A DNA stretch of 64,000 nucleotides. It comes from a virus. The position numbers were made by a program, and so were the translations under genes. Location of the stretch: positions 1 to 64,000 of the IMG/VR virus record IMGVR_UViG_3300020034_000008; one strand, written 5' to 3'. The notes beneath the pieces are model-generated. The model ran no database searches. It was not told where the DNA came from and worked only from the letters and a program-made list of their open reading frames with translations. Of this stretch, positions 34,857 through 44,400 are shown piece after piece. Position 1 is the stretch's first letter. The number at the start of each line of letters is the position of its first letter.

Positions 34857-35684
34857 ATGGGCGACATGGAAAATACTGAAGAGACACCGGAGGACCAACC
34901 AGCGGCTTTAATTTCGCCGTTTTCTACTAACGTTAAGTTTCCTTTAGATTTACCTGGAGGATACCTTGATGCTAGTGGAGTATTACATAAAGCTATTACT
35001 TTGCGCCCAACTACAGGCGTAGAAGAAGACATCTTGGTAGACGACGGTCGTACCGAAGTCAACAAAATGCGAGACGTTCTGGCTAACTGCCTCGTCAAAC
35101 TTGGGCCATACGACGTTGCTACTGCTAAAGTAGGCGACGTTTACAAGGTGCTTGACGGTATGTTTGCTACGGATCGCGCTTTTGCGCAGATAGTGTTGCG
35201 TTGTATCTCTGTCCCTGAAGGTGACAAGATTCGCTTCACGCAACACTGTTTGCAAAAAATGTGTGGCAAGGACTGGAATAACGTTCTTGATTTAAGCACG
35301 TTTCCTGTTAAGCCTATTGTTGAAGCTAAAGCAGAGTATGACTTTGTTCTTCCACAAAGTGGAGATAAAGTTAAGTTCCGGTTATTGCACGCTAGTGATG
35401 ATCAGCTGATCAGTGAGTTGCAGACTCGCTACCCGACACAGCTTGTGTCTGCTATCATGTGGCTGCACATGGTATCTATAAACGGCAAGAAGGTTCCTGC
35501 TCCTCGTGACTTGCAGAAGATGAGCAGCTTTGACCGCGCGTCTTTACGCAAGGTAATGGAGCAAGCAAACGGCGGGGTGGATTTGAGCTACAGCGCTCAG
35601 TGTCCTAAGTGTAGAAACGTTGTGCCAGGTGCTCTGAGGCTTGACAGTTCTTTTTTTCTCCTCTCGTCGGGCTCACCAGACTAG
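34857..35684 (+). CDS. tail assembly chaperone
   Basis: Between tube and tape measure; LPGGY, CxxC motifs, C-terminal FF slippery site. Confidence 0.75.
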   Translation: MGDMENTEETPEDQPAALISPFSTNVKFPLDLPGGYLDASGVLHKAITLRPTTGVEEDILVDDGRTEVNKMRDVLANCLVKLGPYDVATAKVGDVYKVLDGMFATDRAFAQIVLRCISVPEGDKIRFTQHCLQKMCGKDWNNVLDLSTFPVKPIVEAKAEYDFVLPQSGDKVKFRLLHASDDQLISELQTRYPTQLVSAIMWLHMVSINGKKVPAPRDLQKMSSFDRASLRKVMEQANGGVDLSYSAQCPKCRNVVPGALRLDSSFFLLSSGSPD

Positions 35685-35905
35685 CTAGCTACGACGGAGA
35701 GCATGAGAATTTTACAGCGCTAGATTTAGACATGTTGTTACTTGGCGTTAAGCTAAGGTGGCAACCAAGTGAGATAGCTGCATTAACATCTAAACGTAGA
35801 ATGAAACTATCAAGATATTTGATGGCCCAAACACAGAAAAACTCTGCACCAATAGAAGACACAAACAAGCGATCGAAGAGAGTGCTGTTTACACCACCTA
35901 AATAG
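35651..35905 (+). CDS. -1 frameshift extension of the tail assembly chaperone
   Basis: T TTT TTT heptamer at 35651-35657; the -1 frame is open to TAG 35903-35905 (...LLLGVKLRWQPSEIAALTSKRR...). Confidence 0.75.
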   Translation, partial: FFSPLVGLTRLASYDGEHENFTALDLDMLLLGVKLRWQPSEIAALTSKRRMKLSRYLMAQTQKNSAPIEDTNKRSKRVLFTPPK

Positions 35906-35907
35906 AA

Positions 35908-37812
35908 ATGAATAGCTTCACATCCAGATTTGGTATTCTGTTCTACGCAGACACCAAACAAGCTGAGTCGGGCTTGCAAAGACTATCAGGCATGTTTAGT
36001 AACATGCATCTTAGTCTTATGGCCATGCAGAACATTTCTGGCCATGCCTTCTCAGCTATGTCTGACGCTATTATAGGGTCTGTTAAGGCTCTAGTTGGTA
36101 CAGCGGCTGAGATGGAGAAGACAGAAGCTCTGTTTATGTTTGCTTTCAGGGACATGGGTGAGGACGCTCATAAAGTCTTTGAGGCTGCACAGGAAGCTGG
36201 TCTAAGGTCTATACAGACTACAAAAGAGATTATAGATATTACCAAAGATTTAAAGCTCATGGGCAAGGTTAATATATTTGACCCAGAGATGCCTAAGCTT
36301 ATGGACTCTACTAAAACCAAATCGTTAGAGTTAGTAGACGTTATTGGTGATATGGCATCTCAGCTTCAGTTTGGAACTCGTTCAGCTAAGTTCGGTTTGA
36401 TGGCTTTGTTGAACGGTGACTGGAACTCAGCTAAGCGACACCTTGATCCGATTGCTGGCGTAATCAAAGAGTATAAAGCTGCAATGCAAGGCGCAGGAGA
36501 TCAACAAGAACGACTACGTCGTATTGCTCCTCTGTTAGCTCGTGACTTCGGTGGCGCTGCCGATGCTATGAAGAGTACCTGGGAATTCATCTCAATGCAG
36601 ATGACAGACATTGGGGAAAAGTTGCTGAACACATTCGGCAAACCAATGATGAATTCATTAAAAGTATCACTTCGTGAGTTTCAGAATTTCTTTGTTGGCA
36701 ATCCTGATGGTATTATTCTTAAAGAGAATATTCATCGATTAGATGCGATGAAAGATGTCTTTGCAGATATGGGCGAGAAGCTCGGGTTTGCTGCTGTGTT
36801 TGTCAAAGACGTGGCACTTGGTTTGTTTGAAATACTACGCACACATCCTGGCATTATAAAGATTGTAGCCCAATTTGCTATAGCTGCTACAATTTTAACT
36901 GGCATAATAGCTACTGTTATAGGTTTGAAAGTCGCCTTAATGGCACTTGTATATGCTGGTCCAATGGGGGCAATTATAGCTGCCCTATCATTAGGAGCAT
37001 TTCTTATTGGTAAGTGGGCTGTAGGCGGTGAGGGGATTATAGACACCTTCTATAAATTTAGAATTGTGTCTATTGGCGTAATGGAGATCCTCTCCACAAT
37101 GTCTGGGCATACAGCACAACTAAGCGAAGAGACAGTTAAGTTAGCTAACGAAAAAGGTGTGCTTGGTCTTATAATCAAGATCGGTATGTTTGCCTATCGT
37201 GTTAGTCGTGTGTTGGACGGCATCAAAGACGCCATTATGAATAACATAGGTATTATTCAGACAGCGTTTATGCCAGCGTGGGAAGCTGTAGATGGAATTC
37301 TTGCTAGCTTAGGTATGAAAGCTACAACATCATCTGATAAATGGCATGATGCAGGTAAAACCATTGGTGAAGTAATGACAGCTATAGCTGTTGCTATTGG
37401 TACTGTTGTCTCAGCTTTAGCTCAAATTACTGCATGGATTGTAGAGAATAAACCTGCTTTAATGGTTGTTGCTGGCGCACTTGGTGTAATTGTTGCTGCT
37501 AAAACAGCAACATTTGGCGCTGGAGTTTATGCAGGTTCAAAACTGGCACCTATATTAGATAAAGGTTACGGAGAGAAAGTTGAAGATGCCTTCTTCGGCG
37601 GCAAAGAACGCAAAGCTGAAGCTGAGGCTACATCTGCAACTACCACAGAGTTAAGACAGAAAAGACAAGCAAGAAAAGAGGCAGGTAGTGCTAGTGGTAC
37701 TAACTCTGTTATAAACATCCACAATTATGTAGACGGTGAGAAAGCTGCGCTTAAGCGCTACGAGATTGCTGGTGCTCGCGGTACGTTCAACATGACTCAG
37801 GATGTAGAGTAG
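35908..37812 (+). CDS. tape measure protein
   Basis: Helical, Ala/Gly/Ile-rich with hydrophobic segments; canonical position. Confidence 0.85.
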   Translation: MNSFTSRFGILFYADTKQAESGLQRLSGMFSNMHLSLMAMQNISGHAFSAMSDAIIGSVKALVGTAAEMEKTEALFMFAFRDMGEDAHKVFEAAQEAGLRSIQTTKEIIDITKDLKLMGKVNIFDPEMPKLMDSTKTKSLELVDVIGDMASQLQFGTRSAKFGLMALLNGDWNSAKRHLDPIAGVIKEYKAAMQGAGDQQERLRRIAPLLARDFGGAADAMKSTWEFISMQMTDIGEKLLNTFGKPMMNSLKVSLREFQNFFVGNPDGIILKENIHRLDAMKDVFADMGEKLGFAAVFVKDVALGLFEILRTHPGIIKIVAQFAIAATILTGIIATVIGLKVALMALVYAGPMGAIIAALSLGAFLIGKWAVGGEGIIDTFYKFRIVSIGVMEILSTMSGHTAQLSEETVKLANEKGVLGLIIKIGMFAYRVSRVLDGIKDAIMNNIGIIQTAFMPAWEAVDGILASLGMKATTSSDKWHDAGKTIGEVMTAIAVAIGTVVSALAQITAWIVENKPALMVVAGALGVIVAAKTATFGAGVYAGSKLAPILDKGYGEKVEDAFFGGKERKAEAEATSATTTELRQKRQARKEAGSASGTNSVINIHNYVDGEKAALKRYEIAGARGTFNMTQDVE

Positions 37813-38666
37813 TGGCTATTCTTCTTCGTAACCCTCTCGCTCCTGGCGGTGCTTCTGCGTTCTCACGGCTTGCGCCACGTCCTCCAATCGTGGCTGGCGT
37901 TATCGCCGTTGCGTTCCGCCATCCGACTCCCCCGGTGTCTCGTGTGCCTGCTGGTGCGCGTATAGCTCCTGTCGAACGCGGTGCAGGCTCTGTTGGGCCA
38001 CCTGTGGCACGTTTTGAGAGAGACAATGCAGGTTTTGTTAGTCCTAAAGTCGATAAAGGTAGACTGACTAATTTGCGCACACGTCGTGCTCATTTTTTCA
38101 TGTTTAACCCAACAGAGATTAATCGTACAGACGGTTGGTCTTGGTCTTCACACAGAGTCCCTGGTGCATCTCATCCTGTTGTCTCTGGCGGCTCTGGTGG
38201 TGATAGGAAGATTTCATTTACTCTCTACTTTGACGCTGACAGAGGGCGCTCTGACAGTCGACGAGAAGGTACAGGTGAGGCTTCGCTAGACTTAACCATG
38301 GAACTTAATGCTTGGCGCTCAATGACTTATCCACAGGACTCTCGTAGCAACTCTCTTCCCGAGCGTGGTCCAGGTAGGTTCATATTGAACTATGGGCCAC
38401 TGTTTAATGGAATTGAAGTTGTTGTAGACTCTGTTAATGTTAATGTAATAAGTATGACTCCTAAGCTACAACCTATGCGCGCTGTCGTGTCGATAGATTT
38501 AACAGAAGTTGTACGTAAGAGTATATTCTCAACAGACGAATTGCGCCTACCAGCCACCTCTGGAAAACTTCAATTTGATCTTGGCACTGCTCTTATTACA
38601 TCGTCTGAGGCTTTTGATGTTGTAGAGGGTGGTGAAATCGATAACGGTGGAGCAGGGCCACTATAA
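37812..38666 (+). CDS. tail tube initiator/baseplate protein
   Basis: FMFNPTEI...W....VPG.S.P.....G.R.ISF.L.FD. Confidence 0.75.
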   Translation: MAILLRNPLAPGGASAFSRLAPRPPIVAGVIAVAFRHPTPPVSRVPAGARIAPVERGAGSVGPPVARFERDNAGFVSPKVDKGRLTNLRTRRAHFFMFNPTEINRTDGWSWSSHRVPGASHPVVSGGSGGDRKISFTLYFDADRGRSDSRREGTGEASLDLTMELNAWRSMTYPQDSRSNSLPERGPGRFILNYGPLFNGIEVVVDSVNVNVISMTPKLQPMRAVVSIDLTEVVRKSIFSTDELRLPATSGKLQFDLGTALITSSEAFDVVEGGEIDNGGAGPL

Positions 38667-39046
38667 TGTCTGTAAGTGAAGAGAGCCGATACAACTTTAC
38701 GGTGCGTATGCGCCAGGTTGATATGGCTGGTCAATTGGTTGAGCCAGAAAGGCTTGACCTTCCTTACCCGCGTACACCTGTTATTCGACGCAGTCGTCCT
38801 GATTTGCACGAGTACAAGGTTCGCGAAGGTGACACTTGGAGTAATATTGCTTCACGCTTTCTGCGTGGACGCTCTGATTTGTGGTGGGTTATTGCTGAGT
38901 TTACAGGGGTTGTAGACACATTCGAAGAGTTAGTTGTAGGAGCTATTCTTCGCATTCCGTCGTTTGAGATGGTGATGTTTGATGTGTTGAATTTCGCTAT
39001 TGAGCAGCCGCGTAGAGACTCTGCATTCACTGACGAAGGTACGTAA
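38666..39046 (+). CDS. LysM-domain baseplate protein
   Basis: Y.VREGDTW..IA..FL....LWW.IAE...L..G..LRIP. Confidence 0.85.
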   Translation: MSVSEESRYNFTVRMRQVDMAGQLVEPERLDLPYPRTPVIRRSRPDLHEYKVREGDTWSNIASRFLRGRSDLWWVIAEFTGVVDTFEELVVGAILRIPSFEMVMFDVLNFAIEQPRRDSAFTDEGT

Positions 39047-39048
39047 CA

Positions 39049-40398
39049 GTGGCAAAGGGTGATGTCTATACAGACTATATGTACCCGATGGTCATCGTTA
39101 GAACCACGGCTGGATCTGTATTTGACACAGAAGTCATTGAACGTATGACGTCTTTTGAGTTTCATGATGAGTTGAATAAGGTTGATATGGCAAGGCTTCA
39201 CATTAGCTATGATGAAGCCTTTGCGAGAAATGATCCGTTCGAAATTGATTCACGTTGGATTTTTCGTTGGGGTTATCCTCACGACATGTCTAATCCGCGT
39301 GAGATGAGACTAAAGTTCTACGAGCCAGACTTTCCGCAAGATGGTGCGCCTGTTTGTCTGTTAACGTTTATGGCTGCTGGAGCTATTAAACTTACACAGG
39401 TAAAGAAGGCATCAAATTGGGGTTTAGTAACAACATCTGAGATCGCAAAGAAATTAGCTAAGCGATATCATCTAAAGTCAGACGTAGATGATTCGAATGA
39501 TAAGATGCCTGAACCATATATGCAGCCTTCCAACTTAAGTGATTGGGAGTATCTACATATGCTGGCAGATGAAGCTGACTTTGAAGTTGTTATTGAGAAC
39601 GGTATATTGTTCTACAAGAGTAGAGATACTAAGCGTAATGAGGCTCCAAGAGTGGAACTTGTATATGGTGGTGACTATATGCCATCGCCATTGCTTCGCT
39701 TCCACCCTAAAATCTCAGGTAAAAAGGGCAAAGTTAAAGTCTCGTCTGCAAATACAAAATCAGGTAAGCATGCGCAGAGTGTGGCATCTAATGCGACTAC
39801 TAGTCAGAAAACATCTTTAGGCCATTTGCCACCACAGCCTGCACACCCGATAGACGTTGACTCGCACCCTAAAGGTACTGTTGATAGAGAAGTAAGTGCT
39901 ATGGGCGAGACTAAAAAGAAAACGATCTTCAGTGCAGAGCTAGAGACTGGTGTATTAACTGGACTTGAGTTGAAAGACTCTGCTGATCATTCAATTACAA
40001 GTGCAACTACACAAGATAATAAAGCTAAACAACTTGCCACATCTATAAAGAGAAGCTTCTTAGAGCGTGCAGTTGAAGCTGAAGCTGAGTGCATTGGTAG
40101 TCCACGTTTCCGTGCGAAGATCAATTTCAGCATTCAGGTACCTGAACGTAGATTAAGCGGACTTTGGTATGGACATGGCGCTGTACACAAGATTGACAGC
40201 AATGGGTATAACACACGCTTAGACCTTAAGCGTGGCGCGTACAATGTACCTAAAGCTAAACGCACCAAAGATGCACCAAAGACTAACGACAGTGGTGTTA
40301 AAGGTGCAGGAGATTTGCTTAAGATTTATGGTGTAGACGTCAACGACGGTGTAAACGGCTTTCTGTTTGGTCCACGTAGGTCAGTAGATTCAAAGTAA
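39049..40398 (+). CDS. baseplate hub protein (late control D/gp27-like)
   Basis: WGY, Q...SDW.YL..LA....F, G.P..RA, LSG.WY....H. Confidence 0.8.
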   Translation: MAKGDVYTDYMYPMVIVRTTAGSVFDTEVIERMTSFEFHDELNKVDMARLHISYDEAFARNDPFEIDSRWIFRWGYPHDMSNPREMRLKFYEPDFPQDGAPVCLLTFMAAGAIKLTQVKKASNWGLVTTSEIAKKLAKRYHLKSDVDDSNDKMPEPYMQPSNLSDWEYLHMLADEADFEVVIENGILFYKSRDTKRNEAPRVELVYGGDYMPSPLLRFHPKISGKKGKVKVSSANTKSGKHAQSVASNATTSQKTSLGHLPPQPAHPIDVDSHPKGTVDREVSAMGETKKKTIFSAELETGVLTGLELKDSADHSITSATTQDNKAKQLATSIKRSFLERAVEAEAECIGSPRFRAKINFSIQVPERRLSGLWYGHGAVHKIDSNGYNTRLDLKRGAYNVPKAKRTKDAPKTNDSGVKGAGDLLKIYGVDVNDGVNGFLFGPRRSVDSK

Positions 40399-40404
40399 CC
40401 TAAA

Positions 40405-40941
40405 GTGAAATATAATGGCAAATATTTTGGACTTGTACGAGATACAAATGATCCAGAGCAACGAGGAAGGATACGTTTATTCTGCCCGGAGGTTATGGGC
40501 GGGATCGACAATGCAAATCAATGGCTTGATTGGGCACTCCCGTGTTTTCCATGGTTCGTCAATCAAGGTATTGGACTCAATTTCATCCCACCCAAAGGTG
40601 ACGTGTGGGGAGTTTGGGTTGAATTTAGACAGGCCGATATAAAGTACCCAATCTGGACAGGTGTATTTCCTCTTGGCAACTTACGAGTAGATCAAACAAA
40701 AACAACATTCCAAGCTGAAGAAAGACTATTACTTGGTAAGGATGCAGATGAAGCGGCTGTATTGGGAAATACGTTTGTTAGTTTCTTTAATGAGTTCTTT
40801 GATCAGATTACAATTGAGACACACCCAACAGCGGTTGGACCGTCTGGACCACCGTTGAACATTGCTGCTTATTCGGCTCTTAAGGCGAAATTAAACACAC
40901 TGCTTAGTAACTATGTGTTTGTAAAGAAGACTTCGCCATGA
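40405..40941 (+). CDS. baseplate spike (gp5/gpV OB-fold)
   Basis: G.V.D..DP..RGRIR...P, WA.P, P..G..VWVEF..D..YPIW.G; HP...GPSGPP C-terminus. Confidence 0.88.
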   Translation: MKYNGKYFGLVRDTNDPEQRGRIRLFCPEVMGGIDNANQWLDWALPCFPWFVNQGIGLNFIPPKGDVWGVWVEFRQADIKYPIWTGVFPLGNLRVDQTKTTFQAEERLLLGKDADEAAVLGNTFVSFFNEFFDQITIETHPTAVGPSGPPLNIAAYSALKAKLNTLLSNYVFVKKTSP

Positions 40942-41459
40942 GTCTGAACAGTGCAACATTGCAGGTTAGTTTAGCAACTCTATTTAGCGGAGCGTTCGTG
41001 TTTCCTGGCGAAGTTGTAGGTAGGTGGCCGGTCGACAAAGCCGAATGTGCTTATGCCTGGACAAAGTGCTACGCAGACTATGCTGCTACAGCACAATCCT
41101 GCCAAGGTGTCAATCCCTCAACTTTGGTTTCAGCTAGAGCAACCATGCAGTCTGCACTTTTACTAGCTTTAGACACAATTGATCCGGCATCATGTGCCAG
41201 CGCTATTGCTGCTGCTATGACTGCTTTTTGGCTTACGCCACCTATTGTATTCACAGGAGCTACAGCAGGATTAGTTAGCTCTGTTACAGGCACAGCAGCT
41301 TTACAGTCTACGCTTATTTTAAATTGGGCGTCTAATGTTGCCGCACACATCTCTGCTCAAGATGCTGCTACACAACATGCTTCTGTATTTGACACATTTA
41401 CAAAAACAGTAATTGTAGCTCACATTGCGCCTGGCGCGTGCTCTGCACCGTTGGCGTAA
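40938..41459 (+). CDS. hypothetical Ala-rich baseplate-region protein
   Basis: Coupled to the spike gene. Confidence 0.6.
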   Translation: MSLNSATLQVSLATLFSGAFVFPGEVVGRWPVDKAECAYAWTKCYADYAATAQSCQGVNPSTLVSARATMQSALLLALDTIDPASCASAIAAAMTAFWLTPPIVFTGATAGLVSSVTGTAALQSTLILNWASNVAAHISAQDAATQHASVFDTFTKTVIVAHIAPGACSAPLA

Positions 41460-41468
41460 GGAGATTAC

Positions 41469-44400
41469 ATGGGTGCGGTAGTTCAAATTAATGCAGTGTC
41501 AACGCGCGTAAAAGACGTGCCGTTTGGTGTTGCTGTGTCTTTATTGAATGCATCTCTTGGTGGTGTCACCTCTCAGAAGTGGGAAGTAGTTGCGTACTCA
41601 CAAGACATTTACGGTAACGAGCCAGACCCAGCTAACTACTCTGGTTGGACACTTACAGGTAAAATCTTTAGTCGTACGCAATCTGGCACATACCCTGCTG
41701 TTACGTTTACGCCTGACATTTCTGGTAATTATATAATTCGTCTTACAGACACAACTAATGTTGATCCATTACTGTGGACTATTCAGACTGCTGTTGTTCG
41801 CGTAAAGGATCAATTATCTGGTGGCTATATACCTGCGCCAGGAGAAAACGATGAAGTTGACACAGACCGTGGATGGTCTTTAGAGCGTAATCAAGACCTA
41901 CGCATACAAGCTAGGTTTGCTGCATATGGCGGTCATATGCGAGTTGTAAACCTAACAGGTTCGACAATTGCGAGAGGAAAAATCTGTAAGGTTATCGGCT
42001 TTACAGATATGCACACTGTCGGTGGAAGTGCTGTTCCTGGTGGTTCTACCGTACGTAGAGAGCGTATTGCTAAAGTACAAGTAGCTAACTCCAGCGACAG
42101 CGACGCCACAAACGCAGTCTATGTGCTGGTAACTGAGCCTGCTGGTTTACTTAATAATGGAACTAGTTATGCTCTGCGCAATGGCATGTTCGAAGGTGTT
42201 AATCCTAGTACAGGCGGTGTTAGTGTAAACTTCTCTGGTTTTACAGTTGCAGCACTCGTCTATCTGAATACAACAGGTGACATAGTAAGTGCTCCTGCTG
42301 GCTCGAACACTGTAGCTATTGGACGATGTATTGAAAATGGTTCAGACGGTGATATGCTGTTTGATGGATCATTTTCACGATCGTTTACCAGTAAGTTTAT
42401 CGTTCAAGGTACGGTTGACTCTCAGTTACCAAACGCACAATTTTTAGGGGCTTTAGGTACAGGGCTTGTAAAGAACACGACAACAACAGGTGTGTTGTCT
42501 ATAGCTGCATCTGGTACTGATTACGAAGTTCCTTTGACTTTCTCTACCCCTGGTAATACTCGAACAGGAAATAACGTTACAGCAGACTACATCACAGGTA
42601 AGGCAGGCAATCAGCAGTGGTACGGCGGTTTTGCGTCTGGTGACGGTTTAACCATTGACGCAAACTTTAATGCAACTAAAGGTCCACTACGTTTGAATGC
42701 TGCACGTATGGGCTTCAATCGTGTGGCTGGGTCGTCGAATATGTACGATTTCGACCTTACTCAGACGTTCAATCAAGACGACACAACTACGTTAGATGCA
42801 TTCTTCATTCGTGGTAGTACGGTAACATTCAACGAAGACATAAACATAAACTCGGCTACGCGAGTTGCATACGTATCGATTGGACAGCCTACGTTTTTGA
42901 ATGCGTTCGATAACGACATTGGTCCTACGCCAGACGGAATCTCGACACTTTGGATCGAGGGCGAGCCAATTTGTGATGGCTGGGATGATGAAGAAAACAA
43001 ATGGGCTGTTTACGTAAAGAGTGGTGATGTCAGAGCAGCTTCTGGCAACGTCTGGGTTGGTGGTTTCAGTGGCGTTCAACTTGATCGTAATGGCAATCAA
43101 GCTATACAGAAGCTAATTGGTGGTTCATTAAGTGTAGTCAACTTAGTTCCTTCTCAACCACTCAATTTTGGTGTCAGTGGAAATACACTGGCTGTTCGTA
43201 TAACTACACCTAGTGGCAACGTCGGCTTGTCTGTTGCTCCTGGTGCAGCTAACCGACTGCGCGTTAACTCGTCACAGACTGTGGCTAGCGGAGCTAGCGC
43301 AACGCTTGACTCTGTGTACTTTGATCCTTCTACTATAACCATCACTGGTGTTACTACGATTGCTACTGCTCTTGGCTTCAATCAGCATACGTTTGCTGCG
43401 CCAGTGCTTAATGGCGCTGTAACAATTGGAGTAGCTGCTACGGTTGCTATTTCTGGTGCGCCGAGTGGCACAGCTACAATTACGCAACCGTTATCATTGT
43501 GGGTTCAGGCTGGCAACGTTCGTATCGCTAGTTTAAATGGTTTGCTGAAAGGTACAACTGGCATTGTTGGTGTGGCCACTGCTGGTACAGATTACTCACT
43601 GCCGATCGCAGCTGCTGACACGACAGTCATTTTCCCCACGGCGACCACTGTACGAGTCAATTTGTTGCCGTCTAAGTTCGTTGTGCAAGGCACGACAGAC
43701 ACTATGTTGCCGAATGCACAGTTTCTAGGTGCGTTGGGGACAGGGCTTGTCAAGAACACAACTACCACTGGTGTTCTGTCTATTGCAGCTGCAGGTACAG
43801 ATTTTGAGAGTCCGCTGACTTTTAACAGCGGTTTGACTCGTGCTACTAATACAGTTACCAATGATTTGTTCACAGGTAAGGGTGCTGGTCAAAGTGTTGT
43901 AGGCGCTACTTCAAATGGAGGATTTTTAACTCTTAGCTCGTCATCTGGAACTAAAGGTTTGATTAATTTTGGAGCGAGTAATTACGATGAATTAGGTAAT
44001 GTATTAAATGTAATAGGGTCCTCTACTTCACAGAATACTCCTGTTGTTACAGTACAGTCTACAAGTGCGTCTGGTGTGGCACCGATTCATTTTAAAATTA
44101 ACGGTGTGTTGCGTGGTGGACTTCGCGGCGATTCTTCTGGTAGCATGACGTGGTTTGCTCAGGGTGCTAATCATTACTTCTTAACAGGTGGTGAATTTGG
44201 AGTAGGGTCTATTAAGGCCAAAATTTTTGCTAATGGTAATTTCCTTGTTAGTGATCCTGGAGTTAGTTTTGACGCTACAGATTCGGGTGCCCAGTTTGGT
44301 ACAAGTGGGACGTCAAGTGGGTCGCAAGTAACTCGTTTTGCTACCAATCCGGCTAGTATTGTAGCAGCTAGTGGCGCAGCACTTGATGCTCACAGCTGGG

